A stretch of 64,000 nt of DNA from a virus (taxonomy: Duplodnaviria; Caudoviricetes). How positions within the stretch are numbered: the stretch's first letter is position 1; every line of letters starts with the position of its first letter. The position numbers and the translations under genes were made by a program. The DNA lies in IMG/VR virus record IMGVR_UViG_3300041964_000029, positions 1,850 through 65,849 of that record; one strand, 5' to 3'. Shown here one piece after another: positions 60,106 to 64,000 of this stretch. The notes under the pieces are model-generated. The model made no database searches and was not told the origin of the DNA. It worked only from the letters and a program-made list of their open reading frames with translations.

Positions 60106-60792
60106 ATGTTAGATATTCCAACAATTAACCTTAAACTTGATCAGCTTTATCCTAGTGGTGTTTCATTAGGATATATTCTTTTATTGTCTGATAGTTTAAT
60201 ATCAAACTTTCAGTTTAATGTTGATAGCTCTACAAATATTGTTTCAACTATTAGTCCGGCAACATTTGAAACGGGATCTAGAGTTAAATTAAATGTTGAT
60301 GGTGGTTCATTGCCTATTGTTACCCAAGGTGTAGCACTTAATTTTATAGATGATTATTGGATAATTAAAGTTGGTGTAAATGATGAAATTAATTTTAAGT
60401 TAGCTAGAACGTTGAATGATGCAGAAAATAATATTGCGATCGATTTTAGTAATTCTGGATCAGGATTATTAACGCTTAATGAGCAGCCATTAACAATCAA
60501 CCCAAAAAAAGTACTGATAAAAAAAGAATTAACACACGTTAATTACACTAGAAAAGAATTAATTTTGCCTCCGGCTACTGATGGTTATAAAGATTTCACT
60601 TGGTCTTTTAGCATAGGCTCAACATCGCCAAATATGATTTATAAACATAAGTTAGTGATGTTAGAGGCAAATAGTACCATTGGTGATTTAACAGGTGTTA
60701 AAGACCATCTACTGACAGAATCAAGCGTTAAAGTATACAGTGCAGGACAAACACCATTATTAGGTATTCGGTTTGCATTCTCTAGTAACTAA
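60106..60792 (+). CDS. virion structural protein (putative)
   Basis: TG..V......LP......YWII......FKLA.T..DA motif of phage tail proteins. Confidence 0.55.
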   Translation: MLDIPTINLKLDQLYPSGVSLGYILLLSDSLISNFQFNVDSSTNIVSTISPATFETGSRVKLNVDGGSLPIVTQGVALNFIDDYWIIKVGVNDEINFKLARTLNDAENNIAIDFSNSGSGLLTLNEQPLTINPKKVLIKKELTHVNYTRKELILPPATDGYKDFTWSFSIGSTSPNMIYKHKLVMLEANSTIGDLTGVKDHLLTESSVKVYSAGQTPLLGIRFAFSSN

Positions 60793-60803
60793 AAGGTAAA
60801 ACA

Positions 60804-61265
60804 ATGAATAGAAGAGTAGCACGTAACCAACAATCCCAACAACCAGAGGAAACAAAAATGGTAGAAGCTAATACCGAATCAAGAATTGATGAGTTAACCG
60901 AAGCTGTTGTTGAAACTGAGAATACAGTTAAAGAGTCTTTAACAGAAATACAGGTTGCATACCAACAAATTAGTTTGCTTACTGAAGAATTAGAAACTTT
61001 AAAAAATAAATTCGTAGTTTTAGAACAAAATTATAACGGGTTTATTGATCGAGTTTTAGAGGATTCAAAACAAAGCACATTAATAGAAGCTGTTGAAACT
61101 GATCAAGAATTTATACAAGTATTTTCTGTTCTGTTATCAATGAAAAAAGAGGCAATTGATAGCAGACTTCTAACCTCTCAACCGACAGATGATATTATTG
61201 AATCTGTTATTGAGCAAACAACAAAGATACTCAAAAAGATACAGAAGGCAAAAGAAAAGGAATGA
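60804..61265 (+). CDS. coiled-coil hypothetical protein
   Basis: Heptad-rich 153 aa. Confidence 0.65.
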   Translation: MNRRVARNQQSQQPEETKMVEANTESRIDELTEAVVETENTVKESLTEIQVAYQQISLLTEELETLKNKFVVLEQNYNGFIDRVLEDSKQSTLIEAVETDQEFIQVFSVLLSMKKEAIDSRLLTSQPTDDIIESVIEQTTKILKKIQKAKEKE

Positions 61266-61909
61266 TCTGTTTTATTGTTAATGTCCAATCAATTGATGAA
61301 CGTTTTGCTTATCCTTTGATTGGACAAATTCGACGATGTTTTAGAGATGCTATGATCCTGGTAATAACGGACGGCTATCATTCTGAGCCTCTAAAAAAAG
61401 TGTGTTTAGAATTTAATTCTGTTTATGTCAAAACACATGATCGGTTAAGACTTTTAGAATATGGTGGCTTATGGACTAATAGATTTTTAACTTATTTTGT
61501 CTCTAGTAATTCAAACATTCTAATTAAGATTGATCCTGATTCCTGTCTATGGCGGAGGTTCAATCAAGCTTTCCCGATACAGGATATGTTTGGAACGTTG
61601 AAAAAAGTGGATGAAATCACATATATTCGATCAGCTTTTATCGGTATATGGAGAACAGCAGCTACAAGAATTTTAGAATCTGGCATCTTAAAAGATGAAC
61701 ATTTCAAAGATCAAAATCTCTATGGTGTTCTAACTAATGGTGAAATGTTATCAAAACAGGATGTTATTTTAGGTGTAGTTGCTAACAGATTGAAATTAAG
61801 ACTTGCAGATTGGGCAGAAGTGGACACACAAAACACAACATATTATCCGCGAAATGTTAATCTGACTTATGCAATAACTTCACCACATCACACTAAGCCA
61901 GATGGATAA
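61262..61909 (+). CDS. GT-A-fold glycosyltransferase-like protein
   Basis: ILVITDG, LIKIDPD (DxD), QDV..G motifs. Confidence 0.55.
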   Translation: MICFIVNVQSIDERFAYPLIGQIRRCFRDAMILVITDGYHSEPLKKVCLEFNSVYVKTHDRLRLLEYGGLWTNRFLTYFVSSNSNILIKIDPDSCLWRRFNQAFPIQDMFGTLKKVDEITYIRSAFIGIWRTAATRILESGILKDEHFKDQNLYGVLTNGEMLSKQDVILGVVANRLKLRLADWAEVDTQNTTYYPRNVNLTYAITSPHHTKPDG

Positions 61910-62972
61910 TGAAGCGCTAGAAAATATTGAAAATCAAAGAATGAACGATCGCGTTAAACAAACGCGATCAATTTATTCTAAAGACTCTTTAACAGCTAAT
62001 CAAATTGGTGAAAGAGATAGAACTTCAGGCTATTATCAAGTCAATAACCAATCTGGTGTTATCAGCCCAACAGGAATCAAAATCTATAATTCTGTACATT
62101 CATTAGGTGATACGGTTGCAGCCTCTAAAACGGGTAATGTAGTAGCCTTAGATGGAGCATTAGCAGCAACCGAAAAAAGACAGAAAACATTTATCACTAA
62201 AGAATCTTTTGATTATACGGGAATAGGTGACAGAGGACAAAATGATGGTTATATAAACGGACAAAGATGGAATTTTCCAGATGATAAGCCTAAAGAGGAT
62301 AAAGGTTTATTAATGTGGTTAGATTGCAATTGGTTATTTTTTAGTAGAGTTATACAAATACCAAAAAATAATTTAAAGTTTTTTGAAAAGATACTTAAAT
62401 ATTTTTTAGGTGGTAATAAAAAATTATATACATTATTAGCTAGTGATGAACGTATCTATGATGAGTATGATTTTCCATATTTTGCCGAAACAGGTTTACA
62501 AACTAATTTTAGTTATTCGTTAACTAATATAAGTTTGCGTCAAGAATTGAATAAATTAAATTATGAAATTATTGAAAAAACGATTGAAGAAATGGAAGAA
62601 ATAGATCGACCTTTTTTCATGCCGTTATTAAAACAAGCTGCAACTTTAACAGATGATGAATTTAGAATACTTAAAAAACTTTCTAGAAATAGAGGTGTAA
62701 TGCTTTGTGGTGAATGGCAAACATGGACAGAATATGACAATAGAATTATAAGAGGTTTAGGAGTTAGAGAAGGTGTTAATATTCCATACACTACTGACGG
62801 TGTAGGATTTGTTTATAGTAACTATTATGATGTAGTAGCAAATAAATTAAAACTTAAATCTGAATCGTTTGAAGGTAATGCAAATAACCAATTTATTGGT
62901 CTAAAAAAGAATGAAATTATAGTTAAATCAGCACTTAATCAAGCAATTTTTGCACTTTTCAAAGGTTTATAA
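61902..62972 (+). CDS. hypothetical protein (probably tail-associated)
   Basis: 356 aa; N-terminus paralogous to the next gene. Confidence 0.65.
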   Translation: MDNEALENIENQRMNDRVKQTRSIYSKDSLTANQIGERDRTSGYYQVNNQSGVISPTGIKIYNSVHSLGDTVAASKTGNVVALDGALAATEKRQKTFITKESFDYTGIGDRGQNDGYINGQRWNFPDDKPKEDKGLLMWLDCNWLFFSRVIQIPKNNLKFFEKILKYFLGGNKKLYTLLASDERIYDEYDFPYFAETGLQTNFSYSLTNISLRQELNKLNYEIIEKTIEEMEEIDRPFFMPLLKQAATLTDDEFRILKKLSRNRGVMLCGEWQTWTEYDNRIIRGLGVREGVNIPYTTDGVGFVYSNYYDVVANKLKLKSESFEGNANNQFIGLKKNEIIVKSALNQAIFALFKGL

Positions 62973-62973
62973 A

Positions 62974-63246
62974 ATGGATGAAGATCTTTTATTTAATATT
63001 GAATCACAACGTTTTTATGATGCAACTAGACAGGTTAAAGCGATTAAAAGTAAACAAGCTAATATTTCAAACATTCCTAAATATATTGATAGAGATAATG
63101 TTAGCGGGTTTAGAAAAGTTGAAACACAAAAAGGAATTATTTTTACACGGTATCGTAGTAATGCACAGTTAAAAACTGATCAAGTGATTCCTGTGGTTAA
63201 TCAATCTAATTTTCAGATTGGTAGTATTGATACAAAACCTAGTTAA
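62974..63246 (+). CDS. hypothetical protein, paralogue of the 61902 N-terminal domain
   Basis: MD...L.NIE.QR..D...Q...I.SK...RD..SG...V..Q.G.I shared. Confidence 0.65.
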   Translation: MDEDLLFNIESQRFYDATRQVKAIKSKQANISNIPKYIDRDNVSGFRKVETQKGIIFTRYRSNAQLKTDQVIPVVNQSNFQIGSIDTKPS

Positions 63247-63262
63247 TTAAAGAGTCTTTAAC

Positions 63263-63634
63263 ATGAATGAATTAGAAGAAAATAGACAATTTTTGTTAGA
63301 ACAATTAGAGATAGAAGCTAACAGTTATGAGCTATATTACAGCGATGATAACGGGAAAACAAAAAACATTATTAGACAGGAGAATGATACTAACCCAAAA
63401 ATAGAAAAGCTTTCTATACGTGCGATAAATGCCTATATAGGCATTTATGAAAAGACACCTAACTATGCTGCTACGATTGTTAAAAGTGAACAATTAAAAG
63501 AAATTATAAGAGCAACCCATAAATATTATTTGAAATTCTCGGAAGATTCTGAAATGCAAAAATTTGTTTGTGTTGATATTGAAGAATCAAAACAGCAAGA
63601 TCTTTATTGGGTTTTATTGTTAGCTAAGGTTTAA
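63263..63634 (+). CDS. hypothetical protein (head-closure position)
   Basis: 123 aa before the gp10-like gene. Confidence 0.5.
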   Translation: MNELEENRQFLLEQLEIEANSYELYYSDDNGKTKNIIRQENDTNPKIEKLSIRAINAYIGIYEKTPNYAATIVKSEQLKEIIRATHKYYLKFSEDSEMQKFVCVDIEESKQQDLYWVLLLAKV

Positions 63635-63636
63635 TT

Positions 63637-64000
63637 ATGGCTCAGTCTATCGAATATATTGGTGGATTTGATGCTGCTAAGTTTGCAGCAGATCTAAGAG
63701 AAAAATCATTTGATATTATTGAGGACGAATTTGTTAAAGCTGTTGCAGATTTACAAAGAAATTCACCTGTTGGCGCTTCAGATTCTATCGGAGAACCATC
63801 GCTTAAAAATAGTTGGGATATTGAAACTATCCGCGATTTAGGAGGTGAAATAGTAGTTAACGTAGTTAATCCCGTTCAGGCTGCTTTGAACCGCTTAGAA
63901 GGCAGAAAAGCTGGCAAGCGTCCACCATCCGACGCACTAATCCCTTGGGTTAAATTCAAACTACAAATTAAGGAAGATAAAAAAGCTAAATCCGTTGCTT
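63637..64000 (+). CDS. HK97 gp10-like neck/tail-completion protein (truncated by the window end)
   Basis: Hand-translated MAQSIEY...SPVG.....LKNSW...EGRKAGKRPP..AL..WV. Confidence 0.65.
   Translation, partial: MAQSIEYIGGFDAAKFAADLREKSFDIIEDEFVKAVADLQRNSPVGASDSIGEPSLKNSWDIETIRDLGGEIVVNVVNPVQAALNRLEGRKAGKRPPSDALIPWVKFKLQIKEDKKAKSVA

Larger units (their letters stand above)
392..63261. repeat. dispersed palindrome TTAAAGA(G/C)TCTTTAA, about 55 copies of the 13-bp core plus about 12 variants
   Basis: Seen at e.g. 392, 764, 4842, 8882, 10438, 14131, 15041, 16116, 18116, 20549, 22695, 24759, 30199, 39966, 41955, 43494, 45359, 47610, 50825, 53333, 56363, 58789, 60928, 63247. Confidence 0.97.

Overview
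AT-rich tailed (siphovirus-like) phage DNA, probably most of one circularly permuted genome, with a likely cyanobacterial host (about 17 HIP1 GCGATCGC octamers by hand count). Layout: tape-measure gene with a 33 x 120-bp tandem repeat (409-8881); an inverted XRE-portal-MuF unit; head genes; fibre genes; terminase; five unannotated 26-32 aa membrane peptides; a leftward early region (23.4-42 kb) built from repeated hairpin-promoter-operator-RBS units; a symmetric non-coding origin candidate centred on about 42621; a rightward replication/modification module (primase-helicase, Dam-like MTase, SF2 helicase, PolB, beta-class MTase); and further tail genes. The most striking unexplained signal is an odd-length palindrome, TTAAAGA(G/C)TCTTTAA, with about 55 copies of the 13-bp core by hand count. 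It sits between promoter -35 and -10 boxes, at gene junctions and inside CDSs. The window also encodes a ParB/Spo0J-like protein and three HTH-only paralogues, so this may be a KorB/O_B-like genome-wide regulatory or partition system. All counts were made by eye, and product calls rest on remembered motifs, not database searches. Several 1-bp frameshifts look like sequencing errors.
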